DNA of 52,197 nt, the filler included, from Bipalium vagum (Eukaryota): assembly GCA_037834085.1 (NCBI GenBank). It is 3 parts of 3 records of this genome, joined end to end, with 100 filler letters (N's around TTAATTAATTAA, not from the genome) between each part and the next. Parts side by side here need not be neighbours in the genome. Positions count along the whole stretch, not along the records: positions 15,681 to 31,686 come from JBBMKC010125512.1; positions 31,787 to 52,197 come from JBBMKC010253827.1; 1 more part is not named here. One strand, 5' to 3'. Made by a program: the position numbers and the translations under genes. Position 1 is the stretch's first letter. Each line of letters opens with the position of its first letter. Under the pieces are notes generated by a model. The model did no database searches. It was not told where the DNA came from and was given only the letters and a program-made list of their open reading frames with translations. This document shows, one piece after another, positions 23,901 through 38,035 of the stretch.

Positions 23901-24769
23901 TTAATGATTTTTAACCATTATTTGTTTTTGCTTTTAATCTGAATAATAATTTTTTAATGGATTTTTTGAAAAAATAAAATAATGAAAACTCAATAAATTT
24001 AATAACAGCCAACATAGAGTAATAATAAAAATAATAAAATAGTGTTATCATGGTTCATTGTCAAGAAGATAGGGGTCTCCACAATAATTTTAGCTTTAGA
24101 TATCGAAATATTTTTGTCTAAATTATTTTATTTTATGATTTCATCAAGAAAATATGAAATCTAATATGTAACGCGATTATTTAATCTTTATGATTTGACC
24201 AAGATTAAGTAGCAAGATTTAAAGCAAAAGAATTATTTTCTTATGAACGTGTAGGGCCTTTCAATGTGAGTAATTGAGAATCCCCATTCAGTGTATTTCT
24301 TAGTAAATTTTTCTATCTGCTTCTCCTACCAGTTACATACAGCAACGCTATGGACTATCAAATTACTATGGAGTCAGGTTCCAGTCGCACTCGCGAGTGT
24401 TGAACGGAATAAATTGTCCTCACAGAACCTTTCGTTATGTAAAAATCTATTATAAACCATTCACGACATACTACTTTTATAATTACATGTTGTTACATAT
24501 GAAAATGTTGAATATTATCAAGATAAAATTTAAAGTAAAATAAAAATAATTATAAGATAGAATTTCAGCAAGGTAGAAAATTATAAAAAATATAGGTAAA
24601 AAGATATTAGCATATTAACAGTAAATAAAAATTAAATTGAAACGTTTTAACATTTGAAATATGTTCAGATTTATTAAAACAAAAAGGTTCGGTTATTAAA
24701 CAATACTTAACATAACAAAATGGTATAATAAATCTAAAATGGAACTAATAATAAACTAAATTATTGGTT

Positions 24770-25010
24770 AGGTCCCCAGCTTTGACAAAGAGAAACAAAA
24801 TCATTATCCGTTAAGATACGGCGCGACTGCACCATACAAAGAAGTCACTCCAGAAATTTAAGGAGTTTGATTGGGAACTTTTACCTCGTCCTTCAAATAG
24901 TCCAACATTTTTTATTCGGAAAAAATTTTAATTCTTATGAAGCTGCTAATATGGCTATGCACCAGTTCTTCGATTCCAGGAGTTTATAAGACTAGCATAA
25001 TAAGTTTTAA
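24770..25010 (+). mobile_element. Mariner C-terminal remnant
   Basis: NKIIIR*DTARLH..LQKFKEFDWELLPRPSNSP..QFFDS. Confidence 0.75.
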
Positions 25011-25209
25011 CGAAAGTGAAAGTCACCAATACTGTTTTTACTAAAATATACTTTAAATTTAAAGATGATGAACAACCTTCTTATGATAGTAAAGCAAATA
25101 GTTTTACTCTTTCTTATGCTCAGTGGCCCTCAGAAGAAAATTTTGTTTCAACCAGTACTAAGTATGAAACTCCAACAATAAAGACAAATGCAGAAATAAA
25201 AAGTTGAGT

Positions 25210-25670
25210 CTCAGAAATAAATATTTGCGCACATGTTTCAGTGCACTGCGTCAGCAGCTGCATTGATTTAATTTTAAATGTTTATCTTATAATGAAGTAA
25301 ATAGCGATGAAATTAAACATTTAATCAATGAAATAGTCACAAAGCAATGAGTGGCATGCAGGAAAGCTCAGCTTATCATATGCAACTATCGAAAGCCATG
25401 TCAAGCATGTGAGCTTATTGAAATAACTAGATTTATGGATTCCTTACAAACCTAAAGAAGTCACAGACAACTCTGAAATCTGCGATTTTTTTATCAAAAG
25501 CAACAAAAATATTCCATTTGTGAAACAATTGGTAACGGATGATGAAAAATAGATTTGACATAATAGTTTTCATCTGAAAAGATCATATTACAAGCCAGAG
25601 GAAGCAGTGCAGACCTTGTTCAAGACTTATAATCATCAGAAGAAACTTATGATATGCGCTGGCAGTGGGT
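25210..25670 (+). mobile_element. Mariner N-terminal/central remnant
   Basis: LDLWIPYK (WVPHEL-like), PFVKQLVTDDEK*I, HQKKLMIC. Confidence 0.7.
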
Positions 25671-26639
25671 CTTTAATAACAATGGACAATTCATAATTTG
25701 ATAAAAATTTCTATATAGTTTCATGAATTGCTTCTTCAAACAAAGTTTCCACAAACGTATTTCTTCTTGTATCATGTTATTGAATTTATTGAAGCGACTT
25801 TAGAGTTAATGTAAACTATTTTAATTTTTGTTATTTTCGTAAATATTTTTTCAATGAATATAATCTTGATAAAAAATTGACCTCTCCTGTTTTAATTTGT
25901 CTTCAAATAAATATAATCTTTGTCGAAATATGAAGGTTCAGAAATCAAATTCTTTTTCTTTAATTCTAAAATATCTTTTGTATGGAATCCTCATTCAAAA
26001 AGTTTGAATGTAAATTATTAATTAATTATAAATTAATTAATTCGCTAAACTATAAATAATATATAATGAATTTTTTCCATTAAGAATATGTACGCTTACT
26101 CAGGGTTTTAACATTAATTTCATCGAGTTTTATAAAATTTACTGTAATTATAATATTAAAAATATATTCGTTTTTACAACTTCATCATTTTGGCACAATA
26201 ATTCTTGATTCAAACAATTAATTCACCACGGTTAAGAATAAATATTTTAATAATTATAAATAACAAATAAAAATAATTTGTTTTATATTGAAGAACAGCT
26301 TGCAAATTCATCATATGATGCTGAAAATATGGGATTATGTTATATGAAATATGTTTAAATATCGAATATTAGTCTGGCTGGGTAATTGTTTCTTTTCACT
26401 TTTCTTATCCTCTTACATTTTTAATATTTTTTCTTTAATGATTTGGCTTGCAGAAAAAAATTTTTAAATCGTTTGCCTGACGGAAAATTGAAATTGCAAA
26501 ATAAATTATAGTTCAATAATAAGTATACAAACTAATTAAGTAGCTTTACAATTTTTTGTCAGAATACCAAAAGAACCCGTCAACGCAATGTTAAAATTTT
26601 TCAATGGAATAAGGCATGCACAAAATTCTTTTTTTTCAA

Positions 26640-26990
26640 AATTTTTCCTTTAGCTTTTTTACAATGACCTGCTCTACGAGGAACAGATAAACCAGCTGTT
26701 AACAAAATTCAATTGTCATATTGGTGAATACATCAATTATACTTTGTTTCAAATTGAGCAATGAAAGAATTGGTGGTGAATAAACTATTTACACAATATA
26801 GCACTCACACAGAAAAGTCCGTAGGGGTAAGGTACAATGACCTTGTTGACCAATCAATATCTGATTTTCTGTGAAGCCATTTTCCATTAAAATTTTGCCA
26901 TAACCATTCTCAAACTGTTAAAGACCAATGTGCGCCGTCTTGCATAAAGAGCATTAAAGACATTGAGGGTAATTGAATAAAAAAATCAAT
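26640..26990 (-). mobile_element. IS630-Tc1-mariner transposase C-terminal fragment (DUF4817-associated type)
   Basis: FMQDGA-HWSLTV*EWL..FNGKWL..IDWSTRSLYLTPTDF, a degenerate QQDGAPPH...WPPRSPDLTPLDF. Confidence 0.8.
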
Positions 26991-27439
26991 TTTATATCCT
27001 TTGCCTCTAGATATTTTCGATTATTTTATATAAATAATATTTCTTGCAACCTTATCAGTAGAAGAATATATTATTCCATGTATTTTCTTTCTCTAAATAG
27101 GACAACTCTCATTTTAATTATCTGAAGGATTTTTAAATATACCTTATCTTAAATTATAATAAATGTTCAATAATATTGAATGAAACTATTACTCAATAAT
27201 TCAGAAATAATATTAATTTAATTGTGTGAATTTATTGATAGAATTTACATAATATGTAATATAATTTTACTTATTTAGCATTTTAGCAATTTAATAATAT
27301 TATTGTGTCTGTCAGCAAAAATTAAATATTTTTATCATTTTTAAAACATAAAAATTAATTTATATATTAATATAATTTTAATACTTTCCTATGACAATAA
27401 TATAGGGAATTTATTTAAATAGAAAAAAGAATAACATAA

Positions 27440-27675
27440 TATTGGCAGCTTCCAAACAATAACTTTCTTTTGTACCATCGAAAAGGACATCGCTCAATTT
27501 TTCGATTCAAGAAGTTCGGAGTTTACCAAAAAGGAATTAAACAGTTATTATCCCGATGGCAACAGTGTGTCAAAAGCGATGGGAGATATTTTAATTAGTA
27601 AAATTTATTTACAAGCTGTTTTTGATTTTTTTAAACTAATATTGAAAATCCGCAATTTCATACTGCACAACCTAA
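27440..27675 (+). mobile_element. Mariner 3' end with TIR
   Basis: IAQFFDSRSSEF..GIKQLLSRWQQCVKSDGRYFN*, then TIR ..ACTGCACAACCTAA|TA. Confidence 0.85.
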
Positions 27676-27907
27676 TAGTACTGTTGATTTTGTTTTCATA
27701 ATAAATAATAACAATAAATTTTACTGTACATCTTAAGACAAATTTCTTATTTATTTTAATATATATTATCTAATTAAAATAATATATTTTTTGAAATAAA
27801 TAATTGATAAAAAATAGTGACTACAACTCTAAAATATTAAATACATGATTTTCTTATATTTCTTTTCTCTATTTTCACTTCTAAACCCATCGCGTAAAGG
27901 TAATAAA

Positions 27908-28053
27908 TGACCGCGGAGTGGTGATGCACTCAGTCACGGAGCGGTTCGGTACCTGGGGAGTGCGAATTCTTATGAATATAATATAAACCATGGTTTACGG
28001 ATTACTAAGCATACTACATACGGATTATTAATACGGAGACATCAGATGTGACA
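27908..28053 (+). mobile_element. Possible degenerate tRNA-derived SINE head
   Basis: GC-rich island with A-box-like TGACCGCGGAGTGGT (27908-27922) and B-box-like GGTTCGGTACC (27943-27953). No full cloverleaf. Confidence 0.3.
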
Positions 28054-28496
28054 TTTTAATATTTTTATATTAAGAATATAAATAAAATTTTAAAACATGT
28101 TTGCTGCTCGATTTGAAGGGACCTCAAAAATCTGAATTAAACATTTATAAATTTAAAATTTTCATTTTTAATCAGATTATTTGTACTCATCGACAATTTT
28201 GTTTCCAGCTTTGTTACAAAATAATATTAATTATTGATATCTAATGTTGTAATATACTTTTTACTCAAAGAACGTGACTATTATGGTTATATTTAGAAGG
28301 TATTTTCGTTGATTGCTTTTTGTTTTTTGTTTCTGTAGAATATGAGTTAAGATTCAAACGTATGATTTGTAGGATCAATTGTTTATTAAATTTTTTTCCT
28401 CTATTTTTTTAGTATTTTATGGAAGTTGATAAATTTTCCTCAGTATTTATAAACTTTCATTTCATTCATTTTTAGTTGGAAAAAGCACTTGGAAAT

Positions 28497-28810
28497 ATGG
28501 ATGACCGAAAATACAGAATTTGCATGATTTCAAACAAGAAAAGAATCATACCTAACGTTATGTGATGTGTTTGGTGATATTGTAATTCGATAATTTAAAC
28601 ATTAAAACTTAGATCTGAAAAATGAGCAGTGTGTACGACATCCTCAAATGGTAGTTGGTGACTTTTAAAGTCATTGAGACAACTCCATAACTTGGTGAGA
28701 GGTTCAAATGCAGTCACGTGCCCATAGAAAGTCATTTACATTCAATTGGCAAAATAAAAAAATCTGGTAAATAAATCGTACTCTATCTTAAGTCCAATCA
28801 AATCATGAAA
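28497..28810 (+). mobile_element. Mariner N-terminal remnant
   Basis: LCDVFGD..LKNE..LGERFKCSHVPIESHLHSIGKIKKSGK*I. Confidence 0.7.
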
Positions 28811-30992
28811 CGCACATTTCTAATTTAACAACCCAATTAAACATCTTGCTCATTTTTTCATTTAGAAAACTTTGTTTTAATGATATTATTTCTGAGTGCA
28901 ACTTTTTATTTCCCAAAGTATTGAATATCTTAACATAATTTTGAAGAGTAAAATTCTTAAACTTAATTCCTCATATCCTTTTCTTTTCCTTTTTTTTAAT
29001 AATTTCAATGAGACTAAATATTTCCCAATAAAAAATAAATAAAATTAACAGATCCTAAACATCTTTAAAATAAACTAAAAACAAAAAAGAAATGTTTACA
29101 TATTAATTACGTTACAAGCGTATAATTGAAAAGCTTTTATAGATTTTATTCAACCAGTCTACATTTGTCTTTGAACGTTATTAATTTTTCTGAAAAACAG
29201 AAAAAACTATAAAGTAAAAGTATTGAAAACTATTATTTATATTTCGAAAACCTCATTGATGTGAGAAACGTTTTTGTTTTGCTGACAAGGGAAATGGAGC
29301 TCTTTTTCAAATTTTAGACAGACTCCATTTCCACAGAAATCATCTATTAACGTGACCTTTGTAGTTCTGTTGTGAAGATATATTTTTCTATTTATTCATT
29401 TATATTTCATAAATGTTGTTTTAATTTATTAATTCTCAATATTTTTTAACTTTTTGCGAAACATTTTAAAAATAAATAAGTAAAATAAATCGAATTTCAG
29501 AGGAAATATTTTCTACTTGTTTTTGCTACTATTATTTTTATTATTATTATTTCTTAATAATTTTCATTATTTATTTTCCTTTGATAACCTGAAGCGAACT
29601 TGAACTAATATTATTAGCGTTTTGATTTACTTTTTCTTTGTGAAGTATATATAATAATAATAATAATAATAATAAATGAAAACCGTTTCTTGACAATTAT
29701 TTTTCGACAAAATGCTTATTAAATTTATTTTTAACAAAGACAAAAGGAATGAAAAACAAAGATAAATTTTATTTATAATTTCCATTAATATAATAAAGTT
29801 GAAATTATTCAATTAGCATGTTCGTTTCTTAATGCATAGTTTTTGTTAATTTTCTTTTTTTTTTGTTTTAATTGCTCAACATCATAGCAGAGATCTTTGA
29901 TGATTTGCTTGACTTGTGACTTGTACAGAACTGAAAGTCATTTAATAAACTTTCCCTAAAAGCTTAGACATGATGTCTGGTGCGAATATTGATTAGCTAA
30001 AGAGAGAGAGAGTGAATAGTGAGCTGTAAAAAATCCGATCTCCAACATGAGAGATCATACAATTATTGAACATAAAAAAATTTTCTTGTTTTTGAAAATT
30101 GTACTTTCATATTTATATTCCCATTTTTCGGGAAAGAATATCGAATGATATTTGCAAAGACAGACGAAAGAAAAACATCACTGTCCATTTCTATATGAAA
30201 TATATGTCAACATTTCTCTATTCCGTTAGGCAAGCCATTCCGATCGGATTTCATGGTTCAGCTCTACCAGACTTACAATGCATCTTAGCCTTGATGGCAC
30301 TGGTGCCGTTTCGTTTCTATATTAAAGACGGGACATTTTAAGACGGAATTGTCTTTAACATAACAACGAAAAACATATTAACGATAGATTAAATTTAAAT
30401 CCCGTTTCAAGTGATTATCATAAATAATGCAAATATTTCTCGAATACTACTTCATGCAAGTGTAAAACTATTCCGTAGCTGCTGGCCATATATTTGTTTG
30501 GTAAATTACCCTGAGAGTACTCATAATTCGATCAGGATATCTGTCAACTGGCATCAATGATATTTGCTAACCATCACCAGTGTTTGTCTCTCATAATGAG
30601 CATTCGAGCTACATTAAAAGAGGGATTGGAATATTTGTCTATTATCCCCCTTTGGATTAATTTGCCACTGAACATCAGTCTTCATCATCTGTCTCATAAT
30701 GCATATCAGCAAAATAATGTATATAAATTTGATTAGAAAATATCAAATATTAAAGACTACTAGGCCCTAATTAGTTTCCATAAATGGATGTAGTTTAATG
30801 GAATATACTTATTTCCAGTAATTTTTTCATTTGGCTTTTATTCAAATATTTCATTTCAATTATGTAAATATTGAAATTATTTATGTTTTTCAGAAATTTT
30901 TTAAATTTCACAAAAATGTATACATCATATTTGAAAATGAATTAACAATATTATTTATATTTTTAATTAATTAGGATATAAGTAAAATTTCT

Positions 30993-31127
30993 NNNNNNNN
31001 NNNNNNNNNNNNNNNNNNNNNNNNNNNNNNNNNNNNNNNNNNNNNNNNNNNNNNNNNNNNNNNNNNNNNNNNNNNNNNNNNNNNNNNNNNNNNNNNNNNN
31101 NNNNNNNNNNNNNNNNNNNNNNNNNNN
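30993..31127. other. Assembly gap (135 N, no linker)
   Basis: Direct reading. Confidence 0.99.
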
Positions 31128-31686
31128 CCCTTAAAAATCAACTGCTTTTTAATTATTTCATTTAGATATTTAATTTTTATTAAGGTGTATTTGTCTTATT
31201 GCATTTATAAAAGATTTCTAATTTTATTATTATAAATATTTTAGAGAAATATAACTTTATAAAATATTTTAGGAAAAATTATTTTAATTTAAATGAATTT
31301 CACTTTAAAATTTTTTCTTTATTTGTTTATAAAAATTCAAACTAAAATAAAAACAAAAAAATTAAAATTAATTGAAAAATAATTTTTTCTAATTTAATCA
31401 TACAATTAAAAAAATGTATTGTCATTTTATTAAAACTATTCAATATTCACTCTTAATTTAAAAATAGATTTTTAAGTAATCGTTATTATAATAAATGTAC
31501 TAGAAAGAAATTAACAATTTTTATACTAAATAACCTAAAGAATTTCCACCGTTTTCTAACCTAAAATCATAAAATAATAAAATATATTGATGTAAACAGA
31601 GTAGATATAATACATGGTCTTCCAAAAGAAGCTTTACTACTTTTAACATATTAAATACTAAGTAGTTTTTGTTTAAATAAATTAAT

Positions 31687-31786
31687 NNNNNNNNNNNNNN
31701 NNNNNNNNNNNNNNNNNNNNNNNNNNNNNNTTAATTAATTAANNNNNNNNNNNNNNNNNNNNNNNNNNNNNNNNNNNNNNNNNNNN
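31687..31786. other. Assembly gap with artificial linker N44-TTAATTAATTAA-N44
   Basis: Same 100-nt structure as 15581-15680. Confidence 0.97.
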
Positions 31787-32149
31787 ATATATAACAAAAT
31801 TAATGAAAATAAAAACAGTTTAAAATTGTGACGCATATATTAATATTATTAAAACAAAAACACAGAGTGACTTATCGAACACCCTGTATATTATATTTTA
31901 TATTATATTTATATTATATTTTATATTCGATTTTGCAATTAACAATACAAAAAATGTTTTTCTCTAAAATAATATTTTCAACAAGCAGAATTTTGAAATA
32001 AAAATATGGAATAAACAATTAAACAATAATCTTTAAAGATAAACATTTTTAGTATTTAAATGAATGATCTTAAATTCCATATGAAATCTGAGAACAAATC
32101 ATAAGTCTTTTTTATATTTTTACACAAATTAATAATATTTCAATCAACG

Positions 32150-32915
32150 AGATATATTTGATCTACAAGTTGAAGGATTATGATCAGATTTCCAAAGCGT
32201 TTGGCAAAAATACAGTCAATAGACAGATCATCTACAGTTGGTTCAAGAAATTCGAATCTCGTGATTTCTCACTTCAAGGTGAACCATATTCAAATCTCAA
32301 TGTAATTATTGATGATGAAGTTCTCCTGCAACTGATAGAGAATTAACTTCAGTCAACCATCAGTGAATTAGCACAAGAACTTGGATGTTCTCATACAAAT
32401 GTGACTCGTCACCTTTATTCTCTTTGCAAGGTTACTATTTGCAATTCATTGCTGACCAAGCGCAGCACATTCCACTGGCTCAATTCAATTGTCACTGGAG
32501 ATGATAAATGGGTCTACCACTACAATGTGACACGCAAGGGATAATGGGCGAATCAGCTGTTGTGATTCCTAAAGGTCAGATGGTGCCGAAGAAGATAATG
32601 ATCTACGTTTAGTGGGATGTATGCAGCGTCATCATGATGGAATCACTTCTATCAAACACCATTGTTACCAAAGAACTTTACCGTGAGGAATTGGATCGTC
32701 TGAACATTAAAGTTAAATAACTTCGTCGTCAAATTGACAAAATCAAATATCTTCATGACAATGCACCAGCAGACAGAGCAAAGATGATTTCAGAAAAGCC
32801 GGCAAGTTTTGGCCAAAAAATTCTGCCTCATCCACTTTACAGCTCAGACTTGGCGCTAAGTAATTATCATTTCTTTCGATCATTGAAAAACCATATTTCC
32901 AATATGAAGTTTATG
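32150..32915 (+). mobile_element. Mariner transposase pseudogene (elegans-subfamily-like)
   Basis: AFGKNTV..WFKKFESRDFSL, WLNSIVTGDDKWVYHYN, PKKIMIYV*WD, KIKYLHDNAPA, ILPHPLYSSDLALSNYHFFRSL. WVPHEL region deleted. Confidence 0.9.
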
Positions 32916-35889
32916 TCATGCTTGCGGAAGTGAAACTTGCAGCAAAAGTGGCGAGATGTGATTAATATTGATAGTGGTTATACAGAAGACAGAACTGTGA
33001 TGGTTTTGTGCTAATTGTCAATAAATTGTTATTTTGTGAAATATCTAAATTTCAGTGTTAAAACCTGATATAATTACTTAAGAGCGCATTTTAAAAATGG
33101 TTTCTTGTATTAGAAATTAATAGGAATAAAATAAAAATTTAGTGGAATAATATTTTTAAATCTTTAAATAAAGTTACAATTTTTCTGAAACCATTAGAAT
33201 TGATATTAAAATAAAGGTTATCACAATATTCAATCTTATAAAATTCAACCTAAACAAAATATTAGTTTATTTTTTATTTGATTTTTAAATGTTACATTTA
33301 TCTGACGTTATGTTATAACTGAACTACTTTAAGATTATAAACTACATAACATATAAGCATCATCAAAATTCTGTGATACACAGAAGAGACCTTGAGTGAT
33401 TTTCTTTGATAGTCAGATCTTCAAATTCAGTACATTAATGCAGAAGAATCTTTTCAGAGAAAATATTTTGTTCTACATGAAATTGGAATCCAAAATAAGA
33501 GGTTTTAATCAAACTATTGTACTGTTTTATGCATTATTAATGTAATATAAAAAATTTATATATAATAATTTTATAACATTTTATACCGATAGAAAAATTT
33601 ACCAATTAAAACAAGTTATTATTTGATTCATATATTGTGTTTTACAGATTATTTTTTATAATAATATTTTTATCAGATTATTTACCATATTTAAATAATA
33701 ACAATAAAGAAATAGTACATTTTAACATAATATAAATAATTATTCATTTTGAACAGATAAATACACTTCTATTTTAGGGAAATATGTGAAGTTTATAACG
33801 TTAATATTAATTATATTTATTTCTTAAGTACTCATATTCGAAGTTCAGCAAAAAAGCACTTGAATTTATAAAAATAACAAAAGAAAAGACAAATATTACT
33901 ACAATTAATTTAAATTTAATTGAAAAGAAAATTTTCAAAATTATGCTACCTTAAAATGATCTCAGTAGAAGCATTAATATTCAGCCAGTGTTGGAACCAA
34001 AATTAAAGAGATGATAAATTAGATTTCATATTTGTGATAATATGATCAAGTCATCAAAGTTTCGTAAAACAAAGAGTGGTTATAAAAACCTAAGAAGCTA
34101 TTATATCTAGCACATATAGAACATAAGATAAATATAATTAGAGGAATATTCAAACAATCTCTGGGTCGCAACATGTTACAAAGGAAGACGTAAACGACTA
34201 GATACACTACTAGATTTGGGAATTATATCGACTAAAGGAAAAACTCCCATCAATGATTTAAATGAATTTTTTCAAAATTTAATAACTAACCTACTGAGAG
34301 AAAGTAAAAATAAAAATGATTAGAAATAGTTTTTAATAAGTTAATTCTGACATTTCAAAAAAGTGAGAAAGAAAAATATTAAATAACAAAAATAGAAAAA
34401 GTATTATTAATATTTGTATAAGCAATAATTCGAAAACTAGTAATTAGTTTTATATTTATTAATGATAATATTAACCATAAATTAAAATTATTTTTATTAA
34501 TAAAAGTTTCTGACAATAAATTTCATCAATTAATAATAAATAATTATCATTTTCTTTTCTAGAAAATCAATGTAACATAACAAAAAAATCAATATACATT
34601 TTTGGAAAATCATGAGAATAATAAGGAAAAGGCAAAAATGTAATGGATTATTTACTTGAAATTCAATTTTACAAAACCAATATTTTTCAAAAATTTTAAT
34701 TTCCATAAAAATAGTCATATATACATAAAAATAGGTATAAGCAATCATCGTTGAATTGAAATAATAATTATTTATATTAAATTATTATTTATATTTTTTT
34801 AATGAATAATAGAATAATCAGCAAGAAATACAGGAGAAACAGAATTAATCAGGACATTAATTACATTGGTTTTTATTACTAAAAATAATTATGTTATTAA
34901 AAATTTTAAAGAATGTTTCTAAAAATATATATAGGGTACAAAGTTTAAAGGTAAAATCTAAAAGTAGTAATCTTAAGTTACTAAATTTAAAAATATAAAA
35001 ATAATATAAATTCTGAAACATTTCAATACAAAGACACACAAAAATACTCCGAATATAGCACCAAGCTAAAGTGGAAACTAAAAAAAGGAAGTTGACTAGA
35101 AAAAAACTGCAAACCAAGTGGACACAAAACCAATAGATGTAAATCGGAACTCCAGCAGACGCAAGGTTAAGGAACCAGATATCATCTTCAAATATCAAAT
35201 ATTAAATATATTTTATTTTTCTGTTTATTAGATTTGATTAAAAAATCTATACTAAACTATTACTAAATATCTAAACAGATTTAATAATAAACATTTGGCT
35301 TCACACTTCTTGCAGATGAACTGATTCTCAAATAACAATATAAAATAAAATAATTACCAACTATAATTCGATTAAAAATTATAAGTTGCTAATAATTTAA
35401 TATTTAAATAAGTGCAGATATTAAAATCAGATAATTTACTTTTTTTCTTTTATTTCCCAGTATCTTCTTTTTTGCGTTCTTCACGTCAAGTAAGACGAAG
35501 AACCGAATTTTTATCTGAGAGTCCTTGAGAGTGAGTTACCGAAGAGTGCTCTTTCTTATCTTAAGTTATCTTAAATTAAAGTTGTAATTATAAATCTTAT
35601 TTTCAGATTTATTAAAAATATATTTTATATAAATAATTGTTATTTTGGTTAATAATTTGTTGATTTAATTTTTAGTTCATAATCGATTTGATATTAATTA
35701 ACTTTTATATTGTTACTTTAATATTGGAATTTTTATACTTTACTCCTGACATTACGTGCATATAAATCCTTCTGATTACAACCTTGTAACCTTGCTAAGT
35801 TTCCTAAAAGCTCAATATAAATATAACCTCATTTTCTTATAAATATTTTTAGGAACTTAACAGATCTAAAAGTCAATCAAAATGATTCA

Positions 35890-36165
35890 TGAAAAACCGA
35901 TATCAAAACCATACTCTATGTCCGATAAGATGAAAAAGATAAGGTGTAACATGAGCCTTTCAAATTACGCGAGACTGTCGAAAAGGAACTCTAACAATTA
36001 TTCCAAATAAATCAATACTTAACGACAAGAATTAGTTAAAAGACATGGAAAGTAATTTTGCTCCATGACCACACATTTCCACATTCTAAACCAGTTTAAA
36101 AAATGTTAAAAGAAATAGCATGGGAAGTGCTTACCACAGTCCTTATTCATCAGATCTTCAGATTT
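35890..36165 (+). mobile_element. Mariner remnant (mauritiana/Mos1-like)
   Basis: KTILYVR*D..HEPFKLRETV..KVILLHDH..IAWEVL..PYSSDL. Confidence 0.7.
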
Positions 36166-37764
36166 TCATTTGTTAATAATAATAAAAAGTTTTATCTGTA
36201 AGATGACCGTTAACCACAAGATATTATTTGAATGTTGTAAAACTGAAGATGATTCTGATCAAAGAATATTATTTAGTAGAATTAGCGTAATTAAAAGTAT
36301 TTTAGAGAAATATATTTCGCCAAATGATATCATATATATTATTTTTTTTAAAATAGCATGTTTTCTCAGCCTTCTTTTCTCATTTACTTATTCTGAGATT
36401 TCTGATGTATACAGTTGTCTACGAAGTTATTTGACTAAAATTAATAACAATGACTATTTTGAGAGATTTAATAATTTTTGGATTAATAATTTTGATTTTC
36501 AATGCCTATTCTTGTCGTATTTTTATGAAGTAAACTTCCTTTTATTGTGAAATAATGAAATTGTTTATTCTCGTTGCAAAATTTTTATATTCGGAAATTT
36601 ATTTTTTACAGAGTTATTAAAAATAATCCAGATGAATAGGTAAATTCTATTAAAACGGTTATTTGAGTAATCCATTACTCTGAATATCGGAATTAGCGCC
36701 TCGAGCAAGATTAAAAAAGTAACGAAAGTTAATCCCATGACTAAAATAAAATATTTTTTCAATATTTTTTCTCAATTTTTTTCAGTTAATAATTTGTAAA
36801 AAGTTTCAATGAATTTTTTTGTATCATTTAATCTTTTTATGTTTCACTTTAATCATTATTTCTCTCTCTCTTTGATAAAAGTTGTGCTCTTCTCTTCTAT
36901 TTTTGCTTATTTATACTTTGCTTGAAATAAAGAAAATAAAAAGAAAAAATAATTAATTAATGAAATGTCAAAATATTTTATTAATAGACTTGTTCAGATA
37001 TTGTCTGATATTTAAATCAAATTGATATTTTGTGCTACGTTGTAATTTTATTAATTTTTTAATAATTTTATGAAATATTTAATGTGTTTTAAGATTTTTC
37101 GTCTTAACTAAATCTCTTATATTGACTTTCATTACTAATTGTTATTAAACTTTAAATATATATATTTGTTTTAATGTTTCCCGTTTCAAATTTGGTTCCA
37201 ATCTAAATAAACAAATTTAAATGATCACTATTTATTTTATATTTTTTATTATTAATGTCAATATAACAAAATAAAAGAAAATGAAATGTTGACTAAAATT
37301 AACATAAAAGATAATGACTAATAAATTATTTTATAAAAATTATCTATATGGTTAGATTTATTATTAACTTTTTTAATGTAATTAAATAAATTACACTCTT
37401 TTTATTATAACATATTCATTACAATATGATTTATATATAATGATGTTTCAAGTCTTCTGAACAGGAGATAAATATTAATTATTTCATTACTATTAATTAT
37501 AATTTAAAACCACATATAATATCCAAATGAAATTTCTTTCTCTAAAATTTTCCAAAAAATTTTATCATAATATAATTTGCATATTTTTATTCAAATGTAA
37601 TAGTTATAAATTTCGGTTTATTAATTCTAAAATTATTATTAATTCATATTTTTTATGAAACCATTTATCGTATTATTCAAACCAAAATTCTGAATAATGA
37701 ACTTATTCATTCTTAAATTAAATTAGCTTAAATTTTGAATGAACATTAATTTAAAATTTCAATA

Positions 37765-38035
37765 TGTGAGAAGTTCTTGAATTTAAAATATATTTTAATA
37801 AATATTACATATCTCAATTATTGGTTTTCATTTTAATTTCATTAATTTACTCAGAAATTATAAATTTATTATTATCACAGTATTATTATAAGAATTTATG
37901 AAGATTTTATATAATCTTAATAATTCATTAAAATCAATAATTGAAATTGTTTAAATTATGGATTTTTAAATAAAGCCAAATGATTTCTTGATTTTCTTTT
38001 ATATAGAATTCGAGCAATCTAAAATTTCGATCACA
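37765..38035 (+). repeat. 5' LTR of gypsy element 3
   Basis: TGTGA...TCACA inverted termini. The start TGTGAG equals the LTR start after the PPT of element 2. AATAAA near 37968. Directly followed by gag. Confidence 0.65.

Noticed and set aside
33950-34260. Possible gypsy protease/RT-start remnant (RLDTLLDLGII)
   Set aside because: Single weak motif, heavily degraded.
35476-35503. Hairpin GTTCTTCACGTC-AAGTAA-GACGAAGAAC
   Set aside because: Isolated, with no terminator relevance in a eukaryote and no hammerhead or Helitron context.
34530-36762. ORFs 34530-34748, 34857-35198, 36170-36550, 36565-36762 and similar F/I/L/K-rich short ORFs elsewhere
   Set aside because: Composition is that expected from chance frames in AT-rich DNA; no motifs. 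A Penelope GIY-YIG hint near 36200-36450 was too weak.
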